From Trichoplax sp. H2 (lineage: Eukaryota), in contig NOWV01000002.1 of the NCBI GenBank assembly GCA_003344405.1, positions 1,054,001-1,118,000 of the forward strand: DNA of 64,000 nt, in the 5' to 3' direction. The notes beneath the pieces were generated by a model. That model did not search any database. It had not been told where the DNA came from and saw nothing but the letters and a program-made list of their open reading frames with translations. Made by a program: the position numbers and the translations under genes. Each line of letters opens with the position of its first letter. The stretch's first letter is position 1. This document shows positions 1 to 22,020 of this stretch, piece by piece.

Positions 1-1456
1 TTCGGGAGCATCTACCTATAAAATGCAATGGTAAATTACGCTATTAATTTAGAAATAGTGATGAAATCCATTGTGAGAGCTGAGAATGATCAATGTATCT
101 ACTCTGAAGGTATCGTAAGATATACAGGTATAAGCGTAGCTAGTAAATTACGATTTATAGCAATTGATGTTTAGTCATTGATTGAATTTCACTATTTGTT
201 ATCAGTCACGCAGTAAGTGCTGTACTTCATCATAATTAACGGGAACTTTTCTCGTACAAAATAATTCGACGTTATGATTGCAAATGTATTGAGTAATATA
301 GGATTAAATCAATCCATTCAATCAATGGATTCAGTAATATAGGAAAGCATTATAAACATATTTAGAATATCTGTAATTCAGAATCAATCCTGTAATATTC
401 AGTGGTTATGTTGCTTATATACCTACTGCTACAGTAGCATCCTGCAAATATGCAGGAGATCATACTCCAGGGTTGCACGTAAGTTTTACGTGAAGTTTAT
501 AAATGCAGAATTCGAACTTGTCATGATGACACGTTTCATTGGAGTACTGATTGATTTTATGTACTACCATGTTTGATTTTTCACTTTTAAGTAGCTGGAC
601 GACACACTAATGCTATATGTTTTACAACAGCAGAATTTAGAAGTTTAAATTATAGAAGAATTTCAGAGTTGTCAGTTGTCAGCACCGGTTCCATGATAAT
701 CTAGTAATTTTGTATCTATTCTATCATGACAAATACCCAACACTCTGTTTAGGCCTTGGAGCATGCGAAACATAATTATACGTGTAGGTTTAACTTGTAC
801 GACTTGACTACTACTAATAAGTCCAGTCAATAACTAATTTCGAAGTACCTTATAAGTAATACTGTCTACTTGACGTATAATACTTACAATATATACTGTA
901 TTACGGCAAATGTGCGAAATAACATCAACCTTCAGAATATGTGGCGGCATGGTATATATATATATATACATGTACATACTGCAGTTATCAATGTATAGAC
1001 TTGCAACATCCTTTGCAACTTGTAACTGATCCAATATACAAATCCAAAGCTAATCTACAGTATATTGCCATACTGCATTGCCTTTGCTGATATATCAGGC
1101 TATACGAAGTATTGCCATACTGTGAAAAAACTGTATTAAATAGACATTGCGTGATTGTGCAAGTGCAGCACCGCAACGCCTACTGAACTCTTGTTCTTAG
1201 TTATACTTTTCAAGCTTTCAACCATTGATTCGAATTAATGATATCATGGAAGCTTTGCTACAAAATTATTTATTACAGTATTACTCTTACAAACCAACAA
1301 CAACGAGCATGTATACTGTACACATAGTACAGTAGGCCTAGTACATGAGCTTATTACCTTTTCATTTAGGTCTAAAATTTCTTTAAATGTTTCAAAACAT
1401 GCAAACTGCCTCCAAGACTGCAAGCTATGGTACCTACTTTCGGCCATATCCGACAT
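1..1456 (-). CDS. Probable 5' portion of an unidentified spliced gene, divergent from GNAQ, running off the left edge
   Basis: Candidate first exon 1456-1434 (ATG TCG GAT ATG GCC GAA AGT AG|gtacc, MSDMAES-). Further minus-strand splice-site-bounded segments near 1180, 930-887, 440-423, and an acceptor (ttttatag|) at about 16. Exon chain and product not resolved. Confidence 0.3.
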
Positions 1457-2280
1457 CGCTGGTGTTTTCCGGGTCCTTAAGTAATAATTGAATATATTAC
1501 GTACGAGCATTACAGTATTTGTATCGAATTTATCAGGCTCATCGTCAGACTTTATTACGGGTACCGTACCAAATCGTGTACTGCACGCATGATGTAGATG
1601 GACAGTACCGTACCGTACTGTACCTAAAATGACGGCAGTTGCGTAGAATACAGTACTGTACCGTAACGGCATCTGTATTCAGCTTTAGTCGAGTAACTTT
1701 AATCACTGTCATCCAGTGGTTAGCTAGGCTAGCTGGCTCGAACTAATTCAAATTGATCTTACTATCAAGTATTCAGATCGAATTGGACTTGGATTCCACT
1801 GTAGTAAGTAGAAGGAGTTGTCCAATCAACAGTAAACTAAACTACAATCGTCTTACAGGATGTACAGTAAGTGAGAGTTTTATGAAGCATTTATCAACGT
1901 TTTTGCCGGTTCGAAATTGGACTGTATTCCGTTAGCGTGATACCACCCGTCTGTCCGTCACCAACTAAAGTACAGTACAATAGCACAGTATGTAGTACTG
2001 TACTTTAGTGTACTTTACACTGTAAGTACACTACAGTGTACAGTACTGTACACTATAACGTACAGTAGTAGGTACGGTAAAATAATGTACTGTACTGTAA
2101 CGCAGTACCAGTATGGTACCAGTACTGTACTGTACTCTCCATTTGAAATTTGATGTTTTCTCCATGGGTATCGTAATGAACAGAGAACATGCGTACCAGT
2201 AACTAAGGGTTAAGGCGTCTACGGCTTCTGAAACTGTACAGTACTGTACCATACTGTACTATAATGTACCGTGAACAGGA
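1300..2280. repeat. Dispersed mosaic TACAG/TACTG/TACCG pentamer arrays in the divergent promoter region upstream of GNAQ
   Basis: Examples: gtaccgtaccgtactgtacc (~1606-1625), tacagtgtacagtactgtacac (~2032-2053), cagtactgtactgtac (~2120-2135). Confidence 0.85.
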
Positions 2281-3278
2281 CATTTCACGTTACTCTATGA
2301 TGCTTACAGTATTGTACGGCCATGATATGAAAATTGTTATTATTTGGCCAAGCAACCCAGCCTACTGTAAATTCTATGAGGTACTGGTTACTGCGCATAT
2401 TTTAACTTTGATAAATGTGTGCGCTAAAAAACTGACTACGCCCTTCATTTGTTAGTAGGACAGACAACGAACAAGTTCTTTATTCTCAGAACTGACCCGT
2501 ACCGAAGCTGAAGCAAGTTAGTACGATCGGATTGGGAGCTTTTTTTACGGCGTCGATAACTCTAAAACCGATCGTTCCTGTAGCGCTAAAGCAAACTGTT
2601 ACATGTGGCAATCACAAAATCGATTGTTGATTCCTTTCCAACGATCTTGCCATAAGGAAAAGATTTAGTCCATCTTGTATTTTCGCCGTAATTTTGTTGG
2701 TTGTTCCACTTGACTGTACGCCCGCTTGACCAACATCGCTTGTTACCGTGCGCCTTTGTGACTCTATCGTACTGTACTGGTGAACTGGTTGTCGTCATTC
2801 ACTAATCGCATAAACTGATACAAGATTTGTTGCCAGGCTATCCTGATTCGGCAAATAGTGGACTGGTGCGTTACAATTCATTTACGGTTTGTAAGAAGGC
2901 AATTAAGTAGTCTCGATCATACCTTCGTCTATCATCCGACTAATTTGTGGGAACGTTATTAATTGGATATAGATCTGAAACTATCTTCACAAAAATAAAG
3001 GGAAGAGAGTACGTAATCGTGAAAAAACTAACTTGGCTTATTCACGGTATTGTACGGTTGTTTCTGTTGGACAGCTTTCAGCGCGTCAATCGAATTTTTT
3101 CTACATTTCAACTTCATTTCCTTCTTACTGGCGAAAACCGTGGCTGATTCTTTTTACTCTAGCCACTTGAACGAATCGTAGAGTGACATAGTAGTTTTCT
3201 TTGAATCTTTAATCCGTTAGTACTTTTCCTTTCGTTGACGATTCTATAGTACAGTACATTATCTGCTAAAATTTAATA

Positions 3279-11579
<8,301 letters not shown>

Positions 11580-14406
11580 TTTCTACTTCCATTAGTCCAC
11601 CCGCTTGCACCCGGCATATAACACTTGTATCGTGATAGTACTATTTGATACGAAAAACGACGCTTTAAGGCTAAATCAATCCTTTCTATAACTACTCGGA
11701 TGGATTTCCCTGCTGTACAGTGTCCAAAATGTTGCTACTCAAAGTCTGTTTATACATACAGTAGAACCTTTTAGAAAAACGAACAAGTCATTATGCTGGC
11801 TTGTGCATATGTTGTGAGAAAAGTTTGAACTTCACTTAGTAAACGTTATATTAGAAAGCGGACGCTGTTGTTACGTAATGCTTTTAGATAAACTGTTACT
11901 GTCAGGTAAAGCTTGCTAGTAATAGCATTACTAATTCAAATTTTTTTCCATTGATGTAAAACACAATTGCCGGAACTTGCACACGTTTCCACTGTTGACA
12001 ATTGGGACTTCTTTTTTGCAACCAGAAAATTTTCATTTGTTACTGACTTACAGATTCGTCTTGGTTGTATAGATTGGCGTTATTAATTGTATACTGTACA
12101 GCAGTAGCTGCATTGTACACACTTTTTAAGTATGTTCGTAATCGATAGAGTTTTTACGAATGCTTTTAATAGTAGTTTAAGTTAAAGGTGTTTGTTTCTG
12201 TAATAGATGAAGCGGTTTCGTCTTTTCGCTTTCTTTAATGAGTATATATAAGCCGTAAATTTTGTGTGCAATACCGTTAACTGCTTATCTTGATTGTACG
12301 CAATCTGCATGCAAGCGAACCTGGAAGGATGTTTGAGTTAGGCCTGTCACAATTTGTGTGTTGGCTTATCTTATTAGTCGTGTGTAGTAATACTGAGAGA
12401 GTAACACTGTAACCAGATTCAAAAATTTCTAGGTACCGTGTCTGATCACAAATAAAAATATTTATTGGGAAGTTTTGACGTTAAATATATAACGATGTAT
12501 GTTGCTGGTTACGCTTGTAAGATACTGGTGAAATATTCAGTGATTATAACGGAATAGGTGCTCAGTATAAAATTATGATGGTATTCCTAGTTGCATGAAG
12601 CTGTTAAAGTGGACGTTTGTATGACTGAATGCACAAACAATTAGCGGATACTAAGATATAGGATACTTCTGGGATGCTATTGTGTATTTTGCTTTGCAGT
12701 TATACATATTACTGATTGCCTTTTCAGTCTTTAAACGACACTTAACTCGTCCACTGCATATGTTATCCTAATGGATGAACTCCTATAAACAGCAAAGTAA
12801 TTGCTTAACTGGATATCAATTATCATAAATAGCTACGCTAAGTAACAATATGTGACGAATTTATCTATTCGTCTTATACCATCATAACTAACAGCAATAT
12901 TTATAGCCAGAGTGCGTCAATATTGCCAGATCATTTGGCGAGCACTTGTTGAGTGTAGTAAACTGCGATATAAATCCAAAACGGCATACTTTTAGTGTCA
13001 AATACAAGATAGTACAGTATGTAATGGATTCGAATAGTACGATACGTCATTTTGATTGTTTACAACACGCGCTTGATCTCATAAATATTGGTAGTGTAAA
13101 AAGAAATGAATTACTAAAATATGCAATACGCCACGATATACGTAAAATATTAATTAACATGCAGTCAATATTCTGTACCAGATTCGTACATAATATAGGT
13201 AATATGCTCATTTAATACGGACAACCGAATAAATCCGGTCAATCAATTTGGAACTATAGCATAAAAATCTACAGGAAAGACGAATGCAGGCAGTATTCAT
13301 ATACCATAGCTATTACTTTACTCCAACATATCAAATACTTGGTTATACAGCATGTAATATGCATGGGATATGGATTGTGGCGATATTTGGGATATTATAG
13401 AATGTCATCATAACGAGTATATTTTAAATTTATTTAAAAAATTTGCTATTCTTAGCAACAAATATTCAAATATCTCCGAAAAAAGGCTGTAGGATAGTTT
13501 CCGGTATGAAATCACTCTATAAAAAAATCTATTTTTCAAATCGTTCGAATTTTTGCCATTCTTTTGTTCAAAGATGCGGAAAACGGCTACAAGATATCTT
13601 CAGATACATTTTAATTGAACTGTAGTAAAGTATTTACTTAATATGTCAGAAATGTTTATTCGGATGATAAGGGTTTTCTTACCGTAGCTATTCAAAAATG
13701 AATTAACATCGGGCCTGCTACTAATACACCTCCACTGAATATAGCAATGCCGTAAAATAAGATGGACAAGGTTAACAGAAATGATCCCTGTCTCTAGTCT
13801 TCTGTGTCATACTATACTGAAAGTATAAATTATGCGCCTCTTCTGAGTCATTGAGTTTACGAAAACTAAAATTTGAATAACTTTAAAATCAAGCAGAGAT
13901 CTTGCACCTAAACGATTTATAAACCAACAATCTTATAAGCCAAAGAGGGAATAAAAAATATAATTTTTATCGTCTCTACTAAATTAATTAAATCTTTTTA
14001 TTCGAATGAAATACCATAATTTATAATCGACAGACCGGTAATGAAGAAAATTCATAGTTTTGAATTTTAACAAGTAAAGTCTTGTGATAACTTAAATAAT
14101 ATATTAAGTTTTATAACAGGATAATAAATTATTAACCCTAAGCAGCTTCATATTAATATAACCATTGCTCTTATCTGTTATCTTAGTACGTGGATAGACT
14201 GTATTATTCATTTAAAAATCAGCTGTAATCCGAGTAGATAATTCAGAATCTTATCGACTAAATGAGATCGCATTTAAATAAATGTATTCAATTATACTGA
14301 ATAGCAGGAAAGTTAAGCGGCTGACCTCTATCGCATAAATGATATTTACAAACGTAGTTTGCGAACATTATCCTAATGTACTGTATATATGAAAATCTCT
14401 TATCTG

Positions 14407-16590
14407 TCAGTTGGGATGAATATTTAATTGTTCATATCGCTTCTTCGCTTTTTTACTATAGTAAAGATCAAATATATTTTTTGATTGTTGTGATTGATTA
14501 ATAGCATTTTTATAGTAATTACTAGCAGTTACTTTATCGATATCAGTACCATAACCATACTGATGCATGATGCCTAAATGATAGAGTTGTGCCGGTCTTG
14601 CAGTCTCTAGAATTTGCTGATAGAAATTACAAGCTTGCTTAAAATAGATTTTAGCTAATTCTTGATCATAAAAATCAATATTTTGATTATTTCTGTATAA
14701 TTTACCCAGGCGATAATTTGCGTAACCCTGCACACAACTAGTGGAAGCTGCTGCAAATTTATATAATTGTACAGCATTAGTTAAACGATCATTAATATCA
14801 GCTTTCCCCTTTTCGATTAGTTTAGCTAAACAACAACATGACTGTAAATTGCCTAGACGTGCAGCTTGAGCATAGCATTGAAGCGATGTTTGATAGTTGA
14901 CTTCAACGCCTAGGCCATGTTCATACATATAACCAAGCATATCGTATGCTTCAGAACGATTATCCTTGCCAGTAATAGCAAAATCATAATCATTTGCGGT
15001 AGCACTTAGTAAACAATATAAATAAGCCCGATGGAAATCTTGTTTAACTCCGCCCCAACCGTGAAAGTAGTAAAATGTTATATAAGATAATGTAGCCGCA
15101 TAACCGTACTGCAAGGAACGGATAAAATAGTACGAACTTTTAATTAAATTTTCTTGATAATGAGTATAGTACAACCCCATTAAAAATTGTGACAAGTGAT
15201 GGCCATGTTCAGCTGCTGAGCAGCGATAGTTGATAATAATCATTTCACACTCTTCTTGATCAAGACTGATTCCGGTAGTATAGCCTTGGGAATACATTTC
15301 AGCGATATTATAGTAGCCGCTTGGATTACCCAATGCTGCCGCTTTATTAAAATATAATAGCGCTTTCTTGTTATCTACTTCTATGTTGGTAATATTAAGA
15401 AAAAGAGTTAAAAATCCCAGTTGATTATATGTGTCTGCTAATTGATGTTGAGTTAATTGATTGGATCGATTTCCATGATTAATAGTTTCAAGCAATTGTG
15501 AATGCAATCGGTGGATAGCTTCACGCCATAATGGCCAAATATCATAGCCTATACTAAGCTGATGATAAGCATCAGTGTAACCTTTACCGGTAGCAGCAGC
15601 TTTCACATACATCTTGACCTTTAATTCAATCAATTGTATATTATCAATCACCTTAACATAGCGATGCGATAAATTGCTATTATCGGTCAAAGTTGGTAAG
15701 GACGATGTTGTAGCTGCTATATTAGAATGCCCACCAAGGCAAGAAAAATTATACAAATTATTTGCACAATCATCGCTTGATTGTGGCATACTGTGATCAC
15801 CAATTGTTTCAACGCTTGCAGTTTCAGTCATAGTTGCAGCTGATTGCAGTATTTCTGGCGACGGACATTTTGTTACCACTTGCGTGGGGCGTTTAGTGCA
15901 ATAATCATTACGGCTTGATAAACGATGGCATCGCTTTTGACTAGAATATAACTGATATAGCATAAATTGAGCTCCAGGATGATTTTTATTGACTGCGCTT
16001 CGATAACATTTAAACGCTTTATTGGCATCCATACCAATTGAACTAAGGCCATAGTGATAAATATAACCTAATTGATAGTATGCATGTGGATTATCGTTTT
16101 CTTTAACCTGTTGTTTATAGATATCGATAGCTTTATCGTAGATCCATTTAACAAAATCATTAGAGACAAATTGATCGATAATCCTACCGATGTCTTGATT
16201 AACTTGAAGTTGATGATAATGACTATCTTGACTATGATTTAAATGAAGAAATTGCAATGTTGGATCATTATCATTTTGAACTGATTGTAAACTATGTGGA
16301 AAACAGCTATCAATATGAGGATTACTTAAGAAAAGTTCGATTAGCTGTTCCAAAGGTAAATTATTTCCATTGGCTAATTGGAATAGTTTACTTAGAGCTT
16401 CATGAATTGAGCTATCAATTTGACCATGGCGAACCTCTCTCAACCATCTTAATTGAAAAGCTAACGGATGGCTGCCTTGATTAGGTTGTCCGATATAAAT
16501 ATCTACAAATAACTCTTGTTGAGATGATATTCTTGGCGATAATACTGGAATATCATTAAATTGATTATAACGGCAGCGGATTAGTCTCAT
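14407..16590 (-). CDS. Intronless Sel1-like repeat (SLR/TPR-like) protein, 727 aa
   Basis: Uninterrupted 2.2-kb ORF with multiple SLR consensus units, e.g. AYYQLGYIYHYGLSSIGMDANKAFKCYRSAV, AYDMLGYMYEHGLGVEVNYQTSLQCYAQAARLG, QLYHLGIMHQYGYGTDIDKVTASNYYKNA. Confidence 0.88.
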   Translation of the reverse strand: MRLIRCRYNQFNDIPVLSPRISSQQELFVDIYIGQPNQGSHPLAFQLRWLREVRHGQIDSSIHEALSKLFQLANGNNLPLEQLIELFLSNPHIDSCFPHSLQSVQNDNDPTLQFLHLNHSQDSHYHQLQVNQDIGRIIDQFVSNDFVKWIYDKAIDIYKQQVKENDNPHAYYQLGYIYHYGLSSIGMDANKAFKCYRSAVNKNHPGAQFMLYQLYSSQKRCHRLSSRNDYCTKRPTQVVTKCPSPEILQSAATMTETASVETIGDHSMPQSSDDCANNLYNFSCLGGHSNIAATTSSLPTLTDNSNLSHRYVKVIDNIQLIELKVKMYVKAAATGKGYTDAYHQLSIGYDIWPLWREAIHRLHSQLLETINHGNRSNQLTQHQLADTYNQLGFLTLFLNITNIEVDNKKALLYFNKAAALGNPSGYYNIAEMYSQGYTTGISLDQEECEMIIINYRCSAAEHGHHLSQFLMGLYYTHYQENLIKSSYYFIRSLQYGYAATLSYITFYYFHGWGGVKQDFHRAYLYCLLSATANDYDFAITGKDNRSEAYDMLGYMYEHGLGVEVNYQTSLQCYAQAARLGNLQSCCCLAKLIEKGKADINDRLTNAVQLYKFAAASTSCVQGYANYRLGKLYRNNQNIDFYDQELAKIYFKQACNFYQQILETARPAQLYHLGIMHQYGYGTDIDKVTASNYYKNAINQSQQSKNIFDLYYSKKAKKRYEQLNIHPN

Positions 16591-16599
16591 CTCGAATAT

Positions 16600-18700
16600 G
16601 CCTTTAATTAATATCGATCCATCAGATTAGAAAGTATACAAGATGGGTATCATAAACGCAATTAATGCGACATAGAAAAGAAGTAGTTGTTAAATTACTT
16701 ATGATTATTTGCCGCATAAAAAACTTGAATAGTAGTCGGTGAATTCTGTCGAATGATAATTACCTCCCTTATCTTCTCCAACTTAGGTATAACAACAGCT
16801 TTGACTAATTATTTAATATTATTTCCAATATTTTTAAGTGAAATCCTCTTTCTTTTAATCAACAATGAATCCACTTCTTTCGTTCTTGGTAGAGAATAAA
16901 ATCTCTCCTTCTAACCAGAATAAATAATAATTTAGTTGCCCAAAGATGTAGTTATTCTTTACTTTGATTCTATTTCCTTTTATGTTGTTAGTAAGTAACT
17001 TCTTTCTTCTCTTTTGCTGATATCAAACTTCGTGTAGCGAGATACGGTAGTCCATTACAAATTGACTTTATCTATTTGCTTGGGATTGAGCATTAAGCGT
17101 TAATGTCATCTAAAACGGTATCCATTACCATGTTAACAAAGATCGATCATTGCATCAATGATTGGAGTTAAATGTTTAAAATTGGTGCACGATAATGATT
17201 CATTAATACTGAAGAAAGATATCAGAGTCAAAATTGTCCTAAGGCTTAGTTACGATGGCGATTATTATTTTATAATGCCACTTGCATCGATCCAAATACT
17301 GTTGTAAACTACAGATTGAAAGAGCAGCAAAAAATAACTCGAGTTTATTGTAAAGATACAGTATCAAGCCTTCAATATATTTTACAATTTAATATATAGG
17401 CCAGTATGCAGTACAGTAGTCGTAGTTCAAACAAATAGTAAGTTAGAATATGAAAAGATAAGGCAGAGAATGGGTGGGGAAGAATTTATTATACAGTAGT
17501 ATAAAAATTAAATTACTTAAATAAAGACTCATCAAAAGACGATCATTCAAGAAATTAAAGATGTAGAGGAATAATAAAGATAGCACCGCTGCGATGACGA
17601 AAAAGATCTATTTATTATATATTATTAATAATGATCAAAGTTGACAAAGATTGATTTTCTTTTCATATTTAAATGAGGCTAAAGAAAGAATAAAAACTTC
17701 TTTAGTAAAATCTAACCAGACCGAAGTCAAGAAGGGGGTTTATTCTTTTTTGACGTAGTACATATTTGTTATTGTAATAGGGTAGGCAAAGATAGAACAA
17801 AAAGAAAAAATAAATTTGATGACATTCCAAAAAACAGGGAACGATCATATCTTTAAATTGATTTTTCTATCAATAAATATTACACGTAGAATTACAGTAA
17901 TATCCATTTCCGTCATATTTAATCTTAATGTAATGGACTATCGTTACTAAAGCGATGATTACTGACTAAGACGTTGCCAATGGTTTAACATAGAATAGTC
18001 TACGGCCCCGCCGACTAACTTATCATAAAAGATACCGCAGTGATAGGAGATCGGACGAAGATGATAGTACAGTATATCAAATACGGTAGATAGCCATTTC
18101 CTGGCATAACAAGACAACTAGGACTTATTTAACCTGTGCTGGTAGTATTTCATTGACAATTTCTTCTATTGTGGATATTATTTCCTTGGTCGACTAAGAC
18201 AATAATGAAAATGCTAATTTCTAGATTATACAGTGAAGAGCGTAGCCATAGCCGGTGATGTCTTACGTCTATGCATTCTTTCTATTCAGTCGTTATATTA
18301 TTAAATATCAAAGCTTCCAGACAGAAAACATGCCAAAGAAATTTGTCTATTGTATTATTTTTTAAAAGACCAAAGCGATCAATACTATGCCGTATATTAA
18401 CCCTAATCCTTACTAACGTGCAAGATATCCTGTCAAAATTGAACATTTTAATCGCATATCTTTCCTTTATAAAGACCACTTCACAGTAATTATTTATAAT
18501 AACTGCCGATATTATGCCTCTAGCCATGCTATTGACATGATCATAAATTTTTATCTTTGCTTTAGGATCAAAATACTGTAGTAGAAGATCATTTACTATC
18601 TCCGAGTTATAATACACGGGCATCATAATATTTGTGTATTGATTGCATTAGATAGCATTTGAGAACTTGCGTATCTTTCGTAGCTTTGTGCACCATCATG
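16600..18700 (-). pseudogene. Possible decayed coding sequence upstream of, and co-directional with, the Sel1-repeat ORF
   Basis: The 114-aa ORF 18626-18282 continues past a single TAG for about 44 more codons. Hydrophobic TM-like segments occur near 17600-17450, and LFYVALIAFMIPILYTF* lies in frame just 5' of the SLR ATG. Confidence 0.3.
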
Positions 18701-18989
18701 TACTACTCTGATATAGGTCAGCTAACTTAAGGGCAAGTCTAGAGTTCACAGATATCTTGGCCATGACGCCGTTCGCCGGTCTAATGTCTGTCCAGTATTT
18801 ACTGTCATATAGAGAATACAGTAATTGTCTACCCACCGCTATCCTTACCGATCAGCATAGTAAATTTCATACAGTTCTATCGGTTGTCGATACTGTAGTA
18901 AGTAATAGAAGGAAGAATTTTTGAAATAAGGTAGACGCAAAAGCTCTATATGCAGAATATCTTCCGTGTGCCATATGCTGAATAAAATC

Positions 18990-19940
18990 GGTTATCAAGT
19001 AAAGTGATATTCGCTAACTTTGCACTATCATTCGACCTTCGCATAGCGAATTATTGAAACGTTATTTATTATTAATATAGTAGTAGATTACAGAAAGGAA
19101 AGTGCCAAAAACAGATAAAATGCAAGCGCAGAATAATATACCATATAATTTTCCTGCATCGTCTGTCTAAGAAGTATCATTATCGTATTGATGGTCGCTA
19201 ACTTAGCATTAGAATTTTATTATAATCAGTCCAGCGAACTATTTCAAATTTATTAATTGTTAATATTACAGTAGATTACTGAATGAAGAGTATTTGAAGC
19301 TGATGGATTCCAAGAGCTGAACAATATATAATTTACAATACTCCATATTTCTCATATCGTCTGTCTAATAAAATTCGCCATTATGCAAATAGATTTTTAT
19401 TAATTTAGCATTGTCGTTTGTCTGTCATCATAGTGAATTGTTGTAATTTTACTAATTGTCAGTATTGAAGTCGATTGTGAAATAGAGAGCATCTACGTAA
19501 AAAAAGGTAAAAGGCAAGAACTCAACAATGCATGATATACAGTATATTCTTCGAATCATCTGTCTTAGACTGCTTGTTGCCAAGTTAGCATTATCATTGC
19601 TTGACAGCATATTACATTATAGTATTTGTAACCTTATTAATCGGCGACATTGAAGCAGATTAAAAAATAAGTGAGTAAGAATAGTAAGAAAAAAGATACC
19701 AAAAATACGCCATATACACTTTATATTGCCGCTTTGTCCGTCTAAGATTCGTCTAAGATTCGTTATAAGAAGAATTGATGATTATTAACTAAGTACTGTT
19801 ATTGCTAACCGAATAGTAAGCTATTGTAATTTTATTAGTTGTCGATATTAAAGTACATTAGAAAATGATTATCTGAAACTAGAAAATGCAATAGCTGAAT
19901 AAAAAGAAGATATATGTATAACGCATATTATGATACATAC
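18990..19940. repeat. Diverged tandem repeat, about 5 units of ~180-200 bp
   Basis: Anchor atcgtctgtctaa or a variant at 19158, 19356, 19555, 19734. A second anchor (ttattaattgt..atatt..agtagatt-like) at about 19062, 19250, 19450, 19634, 19832. Confidence 0.75.
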
Positions 19941-22020
19941 ACGAAATTGTAAACTCAGCAGTAGGTAATAAGATTTAGCTTACTTAGTTTATAATAAAAG
20001 AAGATGAATATCCGCGTTATAAAAAATAACACGGCGTATCAAAGAAACTTGAACTGAAAATCTACAAATATATATATTGTTATATATAAATATACCATGG
20101 TTTGTTCCTTTGAGTCTAACAGTGTGTATGAGAATTTAGCTCAATTAGAAATCAATAACAAAAGTAAGCGTTATCTCGCGTGAAAAAGCATAATGTAAAG
20201 AAGTAAAACTAAATAATATGTGCTTATATAGTAATACTAAAACAAATATAAGAAAAGAAAATTATGTATAAACATGGCAGACTAAAGAATCTTCTGTATA
20301 TAACAAAAACAAGAACTAATAGATGTATAAAATACATACAAAGTATAGACTGATATATACTCCCTTAAGTATAATAATTAAAATTTAGATTAGCTGATTT
20401 AGTAATCTTCACAACCATTTTGTCTGCAGTTAAATGATATACCGTAGAATATACAATCTAAGATTCCTAGTTCAGTTAGTAAAAATAAATATAAGGAACC
20501 TGCATATATGCATATCAGTAATATGTCAGATCATCGATTCGTAAATTATCTGATCGACTTTAAATAGACCGGATATATTACTTATATATAACATATACTG
20601 TGTTATTTTACTCCTTAGACTGATAATGCATACTGTATTTTGCATATACATTTACTGTTGCATATAGGCGTATAGATACTGTGCAAACAAAAGCAATACT
20701 AATAATCTCTAGTATAGCATTATACATCCTAGGATATTTTGCCTATAAGTATACAGTTTATAATAGTGCTATAACTTTTATCACCACGATAGCAGACTAT
20801 ATAGGCGTTATGTAAAGAGAATTCAAATCTCAATTTCTATTCACTGATGAAGACAATACGTGTATGGATAGAAAACTTTACAAAAATAATCTTTCTTTTA
20901 TTTAGATTAAAAAAGTATTTTACTCAATATTGTACAAATGATGAAATTAATTAACATCCATAAGAGATATGATATAATACAAAAAATATAAATTGCCAGA
21001 AGCGATACTATACTAATTATCCGCTTTAACTAAGAGCAGGATATACTTATCATTCGTCGAGTATTACTTGCCTTGAAATTGAGACTATATCCATAATAGG
21101 AATTTTTAAGTAAATAAAATAGGATATTATAAATGATAAGGAGGGGTAAATAATGAAGAGGGAAATAAAAGTAATAATGTAGCTTGTGTAGGTGTGAGCA
21201 AGTGAAGGCAAGAAAAGGATCCTTAACAACAACTAATTATAGCTGTATAATTAAATGATTACCTCTATATCACTATTACTATAGTGATAAATAGGTAGCC
21301 AAAAATCTATTACTCTATAGCCGACAGCAAACCATTATCGCTTTATAGAGATATCCACCTATTTATACGTGTACGCAGATTAACATGTACCCTAGACATC
21401 CTTATATAGAAATATACAGTATAATAAGCAAAGTAACTAATTCCGGTGATACAATAAATAGGCAATTTTATCTACAAATATAGATAGATACGGTCATTTA
21501 GATTCATAAAGATTAACGATTAGCTACTAGTGCTTAATATTTACACTACAAATCAGTCTGTAAAGTAAACGAAAACTGAATAATGATAGTGCTACACTTT
21601 ACTTTATTGAGCAGATTTAAGTTACTAAATAACTATCCTGGAATATAATTTCCTCTCGGTGTGGCAACAAAGCTATCTATAATTAATTTATTCTATTCGT
21701 TTTAAAGTTTACAATACTAACAAGCAGTTTTACGCCATCGAACCGATTTTTGTAACTTTACAAAAGTAAAAATAAAATATAATTAGATATTCTCTTGGCT
21801 CTGACTGGTTTAGTAAATACTTAAATTCTACTATAAACTGGTTAAATTCATTTTTCAGTATGAATAATTAATCACCGTAACGATGAAGTAGAATATGTTG
21901 CATAGCACTATTAAGCTAAGTATTGTAAGACGGCATAATATTTTTTTGTTTTTTTATTATCTGTTTTAGTCCGAATTATCCCGTAGCAGACGTGATTTCT
22001 TACTTATTATTAAAATACAG

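Noticed and set aside
11757..11772. TACAGTAGAACCT resembling a pogo/Tigger terminal repeat start
   Set aside because: No partner inverted terminus found nearby; no intact CAG-ended transposon was identified in the window.
18990..19940. CRISPR-like array
   Set aside because: Whole units are homologous and highly diverged rather than identical repeats with unique spacers; eukaryotic context and no cas genes.
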